NCBI GenBank assembly: GCA_905250055.1 | Contig: CAJNOF010000082.1 | Span: forward strand, 226,458 to 244,521 | Direction of reading: 5' to 3' | Origin: Rotaria sp. | Lineage: Eukaryota | DNA length: 18,064 bases | Part shown: piece after piece, positions 1-10,524 of the stretch | Position numbering within the stretch: position 1 is the first letter of the stretch | Layout of the letters: every line of letters begins with the position of its first letter | Translations under genes and position numbers: made by a program | Notes under the pieces: generated by a model | What the model saw: only the letters and a program-made list of their open reading frames with translations | What the model was told of the DNA's origin: nothing | Databases searched by the model: none

Positions 1-179
1 CTACTTATACCCACATCCAAAACCTGATTATTGTTTGATCTACATTCATTGTAATTTATTCTGAAGATTTGTTTGAATGAATACAGAAAACAATCATCAA
101 GAAACATACAGTTAGCTCCATTTTACACATTTAATTGAACATCATGCTTTCGTCCACTGAATGCTAAAATGATGATGAA

Positions 180-200
180 ATAAAATAAAATAAAATAAAA
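180..200. repeat. (TAAAA)n microsatellite
   Basis: taaaataaaataaaataaaa. Confidence 0.8.
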
Positions 201-3077
201 ACTATAAAAAACAAACTGCAGATAAAAAGAAAAGGCTTTTAGTTTTAGAATTGGATAGTCCTACTCCTTCATAATAAACTCTTATGGGAGGAAAATAAAT
301 TTGATAAAAATGAAACTCTATTAAAGCCGGTATTACTTTTTTTAGACTCAATGACTAGATTTTTCTTTTGTTATTCTGATTCAACATTTAAATAAACAGG
401 CTGTTGAATTGTCAACTAAACAGTTATGCATCTATGTCCTTACCGTATTTATGAAATTATACAATGATTGCTATTTTTTGTTCATCCAATCATTATGGCA
501 TCCATCTTAATCGAAATAAATGTCTTGTTGTCCATTCTGTTGGTTTAATAATAATGCATTTGATAATAAATGATAAATTATATAAGTAAAGAGATCAGAT
601 ATCTTATGAAGTCTAAAAAGATCATCATGCACACAGTCTTCTAGAAGTAGTTTCATGTACATTCCTTGCCATCATTTGAATAATATTTGCATATTCTGCT
701 TCGCCTAAACTGTTTTCTTTTTCCTTTTTTATATGGGTTGATAAAGCTCCCCGAGATGGCTACTCGAGTATCGTTTTTATTTAAAGTCTACCATTGTCTA
801 TGGCTGAAACAACTCACAAGAAACTCGAGTGACTAAACATGTAACATAGGCAATTATAAACTTCCTTTTTTTTTTTTTTTACAGAAATCGTGAAATTTTA
901 ATTGCGTCATCTTTTCAAACTTTGTGAAAACATTTATTATTTTATGATGAACAAAAATGCTGTTTCTAAATTCCAATGCTAACAATTTTTAATTATATGA
1001 ACATCTTCGTTTTTTTAGCACATGTGGAGACAACGGCTTTGTCTCTTGTTCGTCTTTTTTCTTGATTTCGCACTTTTCGTTACATACACTGGTTACATTG
1101 TTCGTTTCATATTTTTGCTTCTCTAACATAGTGTATCATTCTATGTGCGTAAAATAGTGCACATTTCGCTGACCTCTCTCATATATATTTTTTTTCTTTG
1201 TGTTTGAAATTTTTGTGCAAGTTAGAGATGTGCATTGCTCATGTGAACGGTCCGCATTTGTCTTTATTCGTCTATGTTCATTGGGCGTACGTGCCTTTAT
1301 CATATTAGTTTGACAAACTCGTTCTTTTATAAGATACCGTTCGTTTTATTACTTTATTTTAATACTGATTTGTTAAATTTATAAAGCAAATCGTAAGCAA
1401 TGTTGATTAAAAATTACCTTAATAGAAAATTGACCTAACCAAAAACTTAGTGAATTTTATTGTGACGAGCATAATATTGAAAGTCATCTTTAATTAAAGT
1501 TAATGCCTATTTAATTGTAACATGAGCTAAGATTGAAACAATTGTTGTTGATACGCAAATATTCAAAAATGAAACACTATTCCTAGGCACTACCTCCATA
1601 TCGTTTTATAGGTACTCTGTACATCCGTGTTACAAATAAATACCAAATTTTCAGACATGACTAAATATTGTCAATAAATCTGTCACAATGAAAAGAAAAT
1701 ATTGATAGTTATGCATGATAAATGCATACAAACAAATATCAATCATAAACATTTTAGCTCTCTTTCCTTGTTGGTTGTACGAACTGTAATTGATAGAAGT
1801 ATCTATCATGATCTTACAGGCAAGAAATAATGTCTTACCTTTTTCGATCATGCTACTTTAATCATTATGAACTTGCTTGCTGTGCAAAATTTGCGCTGAA
1901 ATAGACATGTACTTTTTAAAAGTACATGGTATGTATCGCGAATATACTTTTTTTTTCAGTTATTTTTCATATTTGATTTTTATATAAAAAACATTGCTTT
2001 GCTTTTTTCTTTATTGATTTCAATCGTCTTACTAGCCTCCAATGAAAACAATTCAATCAATGTCTAATCCAACGAGAAGCCATGAAAATCTTTCTATCTT
2101 TTGCGTTGTTCATTTTTCACTGCTCCCGGAGAACTTGCATTTCCATTACAAACGATGAGAACTAAATGATTATACGAAAATTTAGATCAATTCATTCATT
2201 TAAAATATAAAATGCATTCGATCAAATTTCTAAGATGAATTTTAGCATGCAATAAATTAGTTGCTTCATATTACTTCATTTCTCCAATCTTATTATATTC
2301 TGTTGATCATTTTTTCACACTTGTTATTGTTATCATTATGCCGTTCTTTTTCATCAAGTCAGAAGTCATGAATGTTAACTATTAATATTTTTTAGATTGA
2401 TGTAAATGAAACCATATAGATTTCTATTTAAAAAAAAACATCAATTGTTTGTTGATTCTTTTATGTTGACTTTTCATTTGTCAAATGCTAATCAAATGAT
2501 CTGCAGATTGTTTTTTTTTAATTTTTTGATTCCTCTATTCCTTCTGCAACTGCGTCTCTAAATAGAGAAAGGGAGTTCATTGAAAGTTTCTATTATTCCT
2601 TCTCACTACTCATTTCAAGATGTATAAAAAGCTCTGTTCGAGCATTATTTATTACTTGTTTTTTTGACTTTCATATGGGTAAGAAACAATCTATTTCATG
2701 AATATTGAAATTTTTCGTATATAAAACTTCTTCTTGGGCTATAATTTATGTTTGACTATGACTTCGAGTTAGTCGAAGACTAATTACTTAGTTCGGTAGT
2801 TTTTATGTTCTAGATGAAACATGTGTTTCACACTTATTAAGTTAAGAAGCGAAGTTTTCATTTTTCTAAAATAGTTTCTTCATCACATACACGCTTCGTT
2901 TTACAAAGAGTTTTACAACATGCATTCTTGTTTTTCTTTTTTAAACATCTTTAATTAGATATTTTCAATTCCATATCGATAACTGATAGACGATACAACT
3001 TATGAGAAATTTAAGAACTTATAGAAACACTTTATTTCAGATTTTCATTCATAAAAATACTACAAAAAAGGATATCA

Positions 3078-5472
3078 ATGATTATTTTTCTTCAATTTCT
3101 ATTCATTTATTTAATTGGCATTCATGCAAGTCATTTCAATGGTGGTACTATCACTTGGGTGCCTATTGATCCTTATGCTAATTCATCTTCAGTTGTCATA
3201 ACTATTACACAAAGTTATTCATGGAGTTATTCTTCTGTGTCCTGTACAACAAATGTTCCAGTCTCAAGTGGTTACAGCAATGCATATCTTACATGCATTG
3301 CGAATTGTTCAACTGATGGTGGCTATTCAAGTGCACCTATCGAAATTCTAACTGATTGTACTTCTTATAGTTCTACATTAGGCACAGTATCAAGTGAACG
3401 ATCAGTCAATATTACACTTAATACTAGTGCATATTTTTATATAGCATATAGAGGAAGTGCTTGGAGAGATTTATATACTACTTCAACAAGTGGTCTTGAT
3501 TGGTCTATTGTATCTTTAATTGATCTTCGTTTACGACCTGATGGTATAATTAATACTCCACCAGTAGCAAATATCCTTTCACCTCAATATGTTATTGTAA
3601 ATACAACGACCCTCATTGATATACCTATATCAGATGTCAATACAGATGATGATGTACGTTGTCGATGGGCAGTCAATAAAGGCAATGCATCATTTAATGA
3701 ATGTAGTGAGATATGTTATTCAAGTCGTTTACCAAATGATACAACTCTATCCAATTGTACTATTTCATTTACAGGACTAATACCAAATACCTGGTATCCT
3801 ATTGCTGTACAGGTATTTACCATTCTGAATAATAGAATTATAAAATAATTTGATATTTTATAAAGGTGGAAGATTTTATCAATGAAACAAGTACGGAACC
3901 AATGAGTTCAGTACCAGTTCAGATTTTAATTTATGTTCAAGCAACACCATCATGTACAATATTGCCTACCATTGTTTCTATGACAGATTGTTTAGAAGTT
4001 CAAGTTGGTGTAACAACAAATTTTACTCTATATGTAACAAATTTATGCAATTCCAGTGCAACAATCACTGAAGTTATTATATCAAAAAAAATTTCTGGTA
4101 TGACAGCTGGTAATGTGAAAAATTCGACAACCAATACATTATCATATATACAATTAACTTGGACACCACAATCTAGTCAAATTGGAACACAAGTAATGTG
4201 TGCATATGCATATAATAGGTAAAACTTTTATCGTTTTGCTATTCGTTGTTTATCATATATGTTACTTTTGTACTTATAAGTTTATTGGTACGTTCAACAC
4301 AATATTGTGTAACATTCACAGTCACAACATCATCTCCAAGTTGTCCGACAACAACGTAAGTTTTAGTCTACTACTCAGAACTAATCTAGAGATTCGTTGT
4401 TTTCTTTGCAGAGTCGCTGGAGCTTCAACGACAACAGTACCAACAAATAATAATAACATGAACATTCCACTGATTGTTGGTTTATCATTGTTAGGATTAT
4501 CACTAGCATTATGCTGTTGTTGTTGTTGGCTCTATCATTTTTTCTGGTATGTCAATCTTTCTAACAGCTGATTTAAAAATTATATTCATTAGAAACAAAA
4601 TATCATTGAATTTTTTTCTTTTTGATAGGGGTGCTGCAGGAAGACGTCGTCGAGGAGGAAAACAACCAGAAGAAAGGATTCGACAACAAAAATATTCACA
4701 GATGCTACCATCTTTCATTACTCGAAATCTTTTATTCAAGAAATTGAACAACAATTATTTATTTCGCCAGCTGTCAAACAATCAAGTTAGTACAGGTAGT
4801 CTTCGTTTAAGTGCACCAACATCATTCTTAATCACATCCAAAAATCAAGTATCTTTTGCTACCAGTGAAAATGATAGAAACTATAATATAGATCAATCAT
4901 TTGTCAATGAAAGTATTCGTCAAAATGCATCATACCATCATAACACAAGTGTTACTAAAGTTCCTCGAAACAAAGTATCAACAATTTCCAATACTACACA
5001 ACTCAATGATAATCAAACAAAAGATAAACGTAATACTGTTAATACAACTATTAGTACAATTGGAAATATAACTATTGAAGATGCGAATGCATCAACATCT
5101 TATAATGAACCTATACATGTTGTTAAACTAAATGGACATGAAACATCATCCATTCGAAAATCTCAAATAATCAAAGTGAATTCTTCTGCAACTGAAAGCC
5201 GACGACGAAGTCGTTCGATCAATGTACGCATTGATAGTCAACCAATCATAGGGACACACTCATCAAAAACTAGTTCTGTTACTGTTGCTCGAGTGAGAAG
5301 TATCTCTCACAACAATAAACCAAGAAAAAGTAATGGAATTACTATGTTCCCTGACGATGATGGAAAACATACAAATAAGAAAATAAATGCTACTTCAGTT
5401 GCACATCAAAAGTCAAAAACTCGATCACATAAATCAAGACATCGAAAAATTAGTGTCCATGTCATGAATTAA
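3078..5472 (+). CDS. Putative single-pass type I membrane protein, 713 aa, five exons: 3078-3812, 3866-4218, 4281-4355, 4412-4546, 4629-5472
   Basis: Signal-peptide-like start MIIFLQFLFIYLIGIHASHFNGGTITW; Cys-containing, N-glycosylation-rich ectodomain; TM segment IPLIVGLSLLGLSLALCCCCCWLYHFFW followed by the basic tail GAAGRRRRGGK. All four introns are GT-AG (53, 62, 56, 82 nt) and exon lengths 735+353+75+135+844 = 2142 = 714 codons, with junctions in frame (IAVQ|VEDFIN, YAYN-S-LLVRSTQYC, SCPTT-T-VAGAS, HFF-W-GAAG). Confidence 0.85.
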
Positions 5473-5599
5473 ATCTTTCATTTCTACTTGAACTTTATAT
5501 ATAACTCTTACATTAATTTTTTTATTTTAAGGATTATCTGTGTGCTTCTACGAATATATATATATATATACTAATTTGAGTAACTCACGTGAAAACATA

Positions 5600-6155
5600 G
5601 CCAGATGTTCTAGGGATTCTTTCCTTCATCACTTGGCCACAGGTAAACATAGATGAGACATGAAAAGAACCCATTTCCTCAAATCATTGTTCTCGAAATA
5701 TCGAAGTTTGAAGAAAATTTCTTGATAGCAGTCAAAGTTGTAAGAAGAATCGTGTTTTAAAATTTCGATCAAAAGTTTCCTAACAAGAAGGTGCTGACTA
5801 TACCCTGTTGCATGCAAAATTTCAGATATTTTGAACGATGTCTCTGTAAGATATGAATTTTTCAGTATATAGACACTTTTCTTGGATATTGTAGAAGGAA
5901 TGAATATTTTAGAAAAATTCTTATCTTACAGATAGTGCATTCTCAAAAACCTGAAGTTCTGTTCAAAATCTAGTTTAGCTAATGGTTTTTTATATATCCA
6001 AAGTTGGATATAGAATTTTACTGGCAATCTTGAATCTTATCAAGAAAGTTTCTTAAAACTTCGATATCTCAACAACGATAATTTTAGAATATGACTTATT
6101 TTTTTAGATGTTTCATATCTTATCTATACCTACTTATAGCTAAATGATTGAGCCA
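5600..6155. repeat. Long imperfect inverted repeat / foldback element centred near 5885
   Basis: Nested arm pairs share one centre. Inner: 5844-5863 ctgtaagatatgaatttttc pairs with 5912-5931, whose reverse complement is ctgtaagataagaatttttc (19/20). Outer: 5698-5727 atatcgaagtttgaagaaaatttcttgata pairs with 6038-6067, reverse complement atatcgaagttttaagaaactttcttgata. Weaker outermost similarity: atagatgagacatgaaaa with atagataagatatgaaac. Confidence 0.65.
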
Positions 6156-6206
6156 AAACAACTTCAATGCATGGGTATATGCACTCATCTGTTTGTTATG
6201 AAAAGA

Positions 6207-6295
6207 GAGTGTGGGTATGGGGTGTAGGTGTGACCTTGGTTGTATGTAAATATAAATGGAAAGGAAAATAATATCCAGATCCACACCCACACCCT
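6207..6295. repeat. Telomere-like G-rich/C-rich inverted motif pair (copy A)
   Basis: gagtgtgggtatggggtgtaggtgtga (about 6207-6233), then agatccacacccacaccct (about 6278-6295) in the opposite sense. Confidence 0.55.
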
Positions 6296-6618
6296 GTAGA
6301 AGATGATTGCTGTGTTCAGTCCTTTGTTTCTTCACTTTTGAATCACTTTACAAGACTCAATAACATTTAATAATCAGTAAAATATTAGACTGTATCTCCT
6401 GGTAATTTTGGAAAAATATGGACAAAGTATTAAATATATATTGTATTCTTACATTGCAATGCCTACCTTTGTATTGCATCAGTTTCAAAATGAATGGAAC
6501 AAATGATGAAATCGATGATTCATCTGACACCTGTATTGCAACATCCGAAGAAAAGCATAATTTTTTTTGTGATCTGAGAAAACGAAAGCAATACTTGGAT
6601 AGAGAATGAAGTATGAGT

Positions 6619-6626
6619 AAAAAAAA
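6619..6626 (-). terminator. Pol III T-run terminator of the tRNA gene
   Basis: Eight A on the + strand (T8 on the - strand), 8 nt past the tRNA 3' end. Confidence 0.75.
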
Positions 6627-6634
6627 GAGTCGAA

Positions 6635-6705
6635 TACACCGGCCGGGAGTTGAACCCGGATCACTCGCGTGTCACACGAGTATTCTACCGCTAAACTACC
6701 AGTGC
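6635..6705 (-). tRNA. tRNA gene, anticodon GAC (Val by code) in a Gly-like body; possibly atypical or a pseudogene
   Basis: Minus-strand sequence GCACTGG TA GTTT AGCGGTA GAAT A CTCGT GTGACAC GCGAG TGAT CCGGG TTCAACT CCCGG CCGGTGT A = 71 nt. All four stems pair (some G-U), A box TAGTTTAGCGG, B box GGTTCAACTCC, discriminator A, and a downstream T run. Confidence 0.85.
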
Positions 6706-6962
6706 TCGTTCTTGTCACTTAGAAAATCTTTCAAATTAAACAATTTGATTCAATGATCTCTGAAATAATCAAGCAGTATGTATGACAATCACTCGATTCA
6801 TGTATTTTAACATCTAATTATCGCTGGAATGCTGTAATTTAAGAACGTATCGAAACAAATAATTATACTAGAGCTATCCATTTCAAAATATCGTAAGGTC
6901 GACAAATTTTTGAACAGTTTGATAGGAATTCTAGAAATTTTTGGTTTTCCAGATTCGGAAGA

Positions 6963-7009
6963 GGGTGTGGGTGTGGGTTTTGTTCTCTTCTGAACCCACA
7001 CCCACACCC
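6963..7009. repeat. Perfect 17-bp telomere-like hairpin (copy B)
   Basis: GGGTGTGGGTGTGGGTT (6963-6979), 13-nt spacer TTGTTCTCTTCTG, AACCCACACCCACACCC (6993-7009). Confidence 0.9.
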
Positions 7010-7061
7010 GGAATCGAAAAACAAATATTACCATTCCACTCAGCATCAGAGATGGGACCGG

Positions 7062-7230
7062 TTCGGTTTTTAACCGAACCGAACCGACTGACCGTAACCG
7101 AAATCGGTTCGATTCGAGATTTTTAAAAAATTCGGTCGGTTACGTTCGGTTCGGTTAGGGATTTTTTCGGTTACGATCGGTTCGGTTAGAAATTTTAAAA
7201 AAATCGGTCGGTTACGTTCGGTTCGGTTAG
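7062..7230. repeat. Left TCGGT-rich degenerate tandem array (units about 34-38 nt)
   Basis: Repeated ttcggtcggttacgttcggttcggttag and ttcggttacgatcggttcggttagaaatttt. Confidence 0.75.
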
Positions 7231-7530
7231 AAAGAATCGACATAATCTTTTGATTTGAGTTCGATGGACTTTTTGAGACATAAGAAGAAAAAAGTGTAAT
7301 CGTACAACAATTAGCTGTTGTTCGTAACTCGTATTATCTCACATGTTTTTTAAATTTGTTGTGAGAGGTAAGAAAGTTATAATATAGTAAGAGGATTCAA
7401 TAAATAATCTTTCTTCGTTACTTTCTCTAGATGTTGATTGCTCATAGTTGCTACTGTCCGATTTGTTGTTGCTAATTTATAAAGCACTAATACCCTAATT
7501 AACATAAGCTAAACTTCGCTTTCTCTAAAC

Positions 7531-7735
7531 TCGGTTCGATTACGAAATTTTTGAAATTCGGTCGGTTACGGTCGGTTCGGTTAGAAATTTTTAAATATTC
7601 GGTCGGTTACATTCGGTTCGGTTAGAGATTTTTTCGGTTCCGGTCGGTTCGGTTAGAAATTTTAAAAAATTCGGTCGGTTACGTTCGGTTCCGTTAGAGA
7701 TTTTTTCGGTTACGGTCGGTTCGGTTTGGCAAAAA
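7531..7735. repeat. Right TCGGT-rich degenerate tandem array
   Basis: Repeated ttcggtcggttac(a/g)ttcggttcggttagagatttttt and ttcggtt(a/c)cggtcggttcggttagaaattttt. Confidence 0.75.
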
Positions 7736-7999
7736 TGCCAACCGATCCCACCTCTGTTAATTATTCTATAATTAATCTTGTTTTCCTTGAATGTTTGAAA
7801 TAAAGTCTAAATAAACCGATGTTGCTGAGAAATTTAATTACAATTTAAGTTTTGTTTCAAATCTAGGTATATTTTCTTTTATTAACAAGAATAGTCAAAG
7901 AGAAAAGAAATAAGTCTACTCTTCTTATCTCATCATTATTTACTTATATTTATATCATTCTTTTATGTTTCTTTTTCATATCTATTTCATTTTAAAGAT

Positions 8000-9794
8000 A
8001 TGTCATTAATACATGATATAATAATAATTGGTGGTGGTATTGTAGGATTAGGAGTTTTTCGTCAATTGACATTGAATGGTTATAAAGATGTTTTATTATT
8101 AGATAAATCTTCACAAATATTAACTGGTGCAAGTTCTGGTAATAGTGGAATATTACATACAGGATTTGATACAATACCAGAAACTTTAGAATCAAAATTA
8201 GTCAAACGTGGATATGAATTGTACCAATCGTTTGCTCAAGATATCAAATTACCAATTAAAAAGATTGGTGCTTATATTATTGCATGGAAATCAGATGAAT
8301 TAGAAACATTAAAACAAATTCTTGATACTGCACATAAAGTAAATTATTTCATTATTTGTTTTATTAATTTTATCATTTAGATGGGCGCAATACACTTTTC
8401 TAGTAAAAACAAAGACGCTTTGATCAGACATGAAATAATTCTATTTCAAAATCGAAAAAAGAATAGACAGTCGATGAGTTTGCTCAGTGTTGTGAAAAAC
8501 TATAAAGAAGCATTCAATTATTTGAAATTTGTTTGACTTATTTTCAAGCAAGTGAAGTTTTTGAAAAACAAAATTGATACATAAAAAATTTCAATTTGTT
8601 TATCACGAAAATTTAAGCTCTTAGATATCAAATTTTTCTAATTGCATATTCTTTATTTGCCAACATGTTTTTCTTTCTACTGATTTCAATGGAAAAACAA
8701 GATTCTCTTATATTTTACAATTTTCTTAAAATATTTTTATTCTCTTATAGAATGGTGTGACTGATATAGAAGAGATATCACCTACTACTTTATATGAACG
8801 TGAACCTCATTTACGTGCTAATGCTTTAAATGCTCTCTATATTCCAGGTGAATGTATAGTTGATCCACTTACATTACCTTTAATTTTATATATGCAAAGT
8901 AAACTATTAGGTGGATATGTACAAATGAATACAGAAATAATCAATGGTAAATATGATTTAGAAAAAAAATATTGGCTATTAAATGATGGACAATTTAAAA
9001 GTAGAATAGTTATTAACTGTGCTGGTTTATATGGTGATTATATTGAACAAATTCGTATCAATCAACAAGTTTCTTCAACATCAACATTTACTATTCAACC
9101 ACGTATAGGACAGTTTTCAGTTTATTCATCATCTATATCTGAATTGCCTATAAAATCAATTATTTTACCATTACCAACAAAATTTACTAAAGGTATAATT
9201 ATATATCCAAATTTATTTAATCAAATCATTATTGGACCAACAGCTGAAACACAACATGATCGATCTCAAGCACCAATTAAATCTGATATAAATAATATAT
9301 TATATAATAAAATCAATGAATTGATACCAACATTTTCAAAATTAAATTATCAACATATTGGATCATATACAGGAATACGACCAGCTACAGAATATTCTGA
9401 TTATCAAATACATTCATATAATGATTTACAATGGATATGTTGTGGTGGAATACGTTCAACAGGATTATCATCATCATTAGCAATAGGAGAATATATATGT
9501 AATAAATTAAATGAAATGATTAATATCAAACATGAAATTGTTTGTGAAGGATATTCATCGGAAAGATACTATCAATCATTAGAACAATTAAAATCAATGT
9601 TTAGTTTGACATTAAATGGATTACAACCGAATTTAATTGTAAATGAATCAAAAGTTTTACCAACAATAACAGGTGATATAAAATTAGGTGATAATATGAA
9701 ATCATTAAATTTAAAAATAGATTGTGCTGGTGAAATTTTTGATATTTCACATTCGTTATTAAAATTAGCATGGATAACAAAACGCTTAGAATAA
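8000..9794 (+). CDS. FAD-dependent oxidoreductase, DAO superfamily (glycerol-3-phosphate / L-2-hydroxyglutarate dehydrogenase-like), 460 aa, two exons: 8000-8338, 8751-9794
   Basis: N-terminal Rossmann motif HDIIIIGGGIVGLGVFRQLTLNGYKDVLLLDKSS, then SGNSGILHTGFDTIPETLESKLVKRG; later ILPLPTKFTKGIIIYPNLFNQIIIGPTAETQHDR and the C-terminal FAD-site-like WICCGGIRSTGLSSSLAIGEYI. Intron 8339-8750 is GT-AG, phase 0; joined CDS 1383 nt. Confidence 0.88.
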
Positions 9795-10412
9795 ATCATT
9801 CTTTTTGTATCCTAAAAATGAACTTTTTATTAATTTAAAATAAAATTTTAGTGATTACTACAGTTCTTCAAAAAAATAAATTATATTTAGTAGTGATAAT
9901 GTTTCGGCATAATCGACCACAGTCTAGATGCTACAAAAGAGAGTCTCAAAAGTTTGCACAGAAAAGTTTATGTCAATAACTCTTATGCAGATGAAATGAT
10001 TGAATTACAATACAGAATGCGTTAAAGGAATCTAAATGATGAATGTTACTTATAAAATAAATTTTGTAAGACATTCACTGATGATTGATGAAACAAAAGC
10101 GCCGAGAAAGTTGTTACGTTTGTGTTGAGCATACTATCAATTGGTATTGTCGTATTGAACGATGGCAGAGAATAGAAGAAAAACAAAACACATGGAAGAA
10201 AATTGAACAAGAAAATAATCATAAAGGATAGAGCCAACAGTTCTTTTGATTCTGTAATAAACCTAAATCATTAATCACTTAGAGAAAATTATGTTTTGAG
10301 CCTCTCAAATAGCAACTTTATGGATGATATGACGAAAACTTAATTAAGATGATAAGCGAAGCTTTTGGCGCAATATATGTCAGTGTGGATGTATTCGTAT
10401 AGATGACAAAAA

Positions 10413-10524
10413 ACCACACTCACATCCTACACCCATACCCTATTTAGATAGTTCGAATAAAAGAAAAAAAAGACAGAGAGTGTGGTTGTGGGTATGGCTC
10501 TTATCTCTACTCATACCATACCCT
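10413..10524. repeat. Telomere-like inverted motif cluster (copy C): C-rich, G-rich, C-rich
   Basis: accacactcacatcctacacccataccct (about 10413-10441), agtgtggttgtgggtatgg (about 10479-10497), ctcataccataccct (about 10510-10524). Confidence 0.55.

Larger units (their letters stand above)
7047..7756. mobile_element. Candidate non-autonomous element with TIR-like ends and internal TCGGT-rich tandem arrays
   Basis: Left end CAGAGATGGGACCGGTT; reverse complement of the right end CAGAGGTGGGATCGGTT (15/17). Inside are repeats such as ttcggtcggttacgttcggttcggttaga/gattt on both sides of a core of about 300 bp without the repeat. No target-site duplication visible (ctcagcat versus ttaattat). Confidence 0.5.

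Noticed and set aside
1-3000. Search for genes, RNA genes or structured repeats upstream of the first gene
   Set aside because: Only AT-rich sequence, homopolymer runs and one 66-aa minus ORF lacking recognisable motifs.
4200-4571. 123-aa ORF as an independent protein
   Set aside because: It reads through two introns. Only its C-terminal part (exon 4) is coding, in the spliced gene.
4509-4754. 81-aa minus-strand ORF
   Set aside because: It overlaps intron 4 and exon 5 of the well-supported + strand gene.
6807-7126. Overlapping ORFs on both strands (79 aa minus, 61 aa plus) with VWVWV and PTPTP
   Set aside because: These peptides are translations of the TGTGGG hairpin, so they are composition artefacts, not genes.
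9572-9799. 75-aa minus-strand ORF
   Set aside because: Antisense of the 3' coding part of the FAD oxidoreductase, with no independent support.
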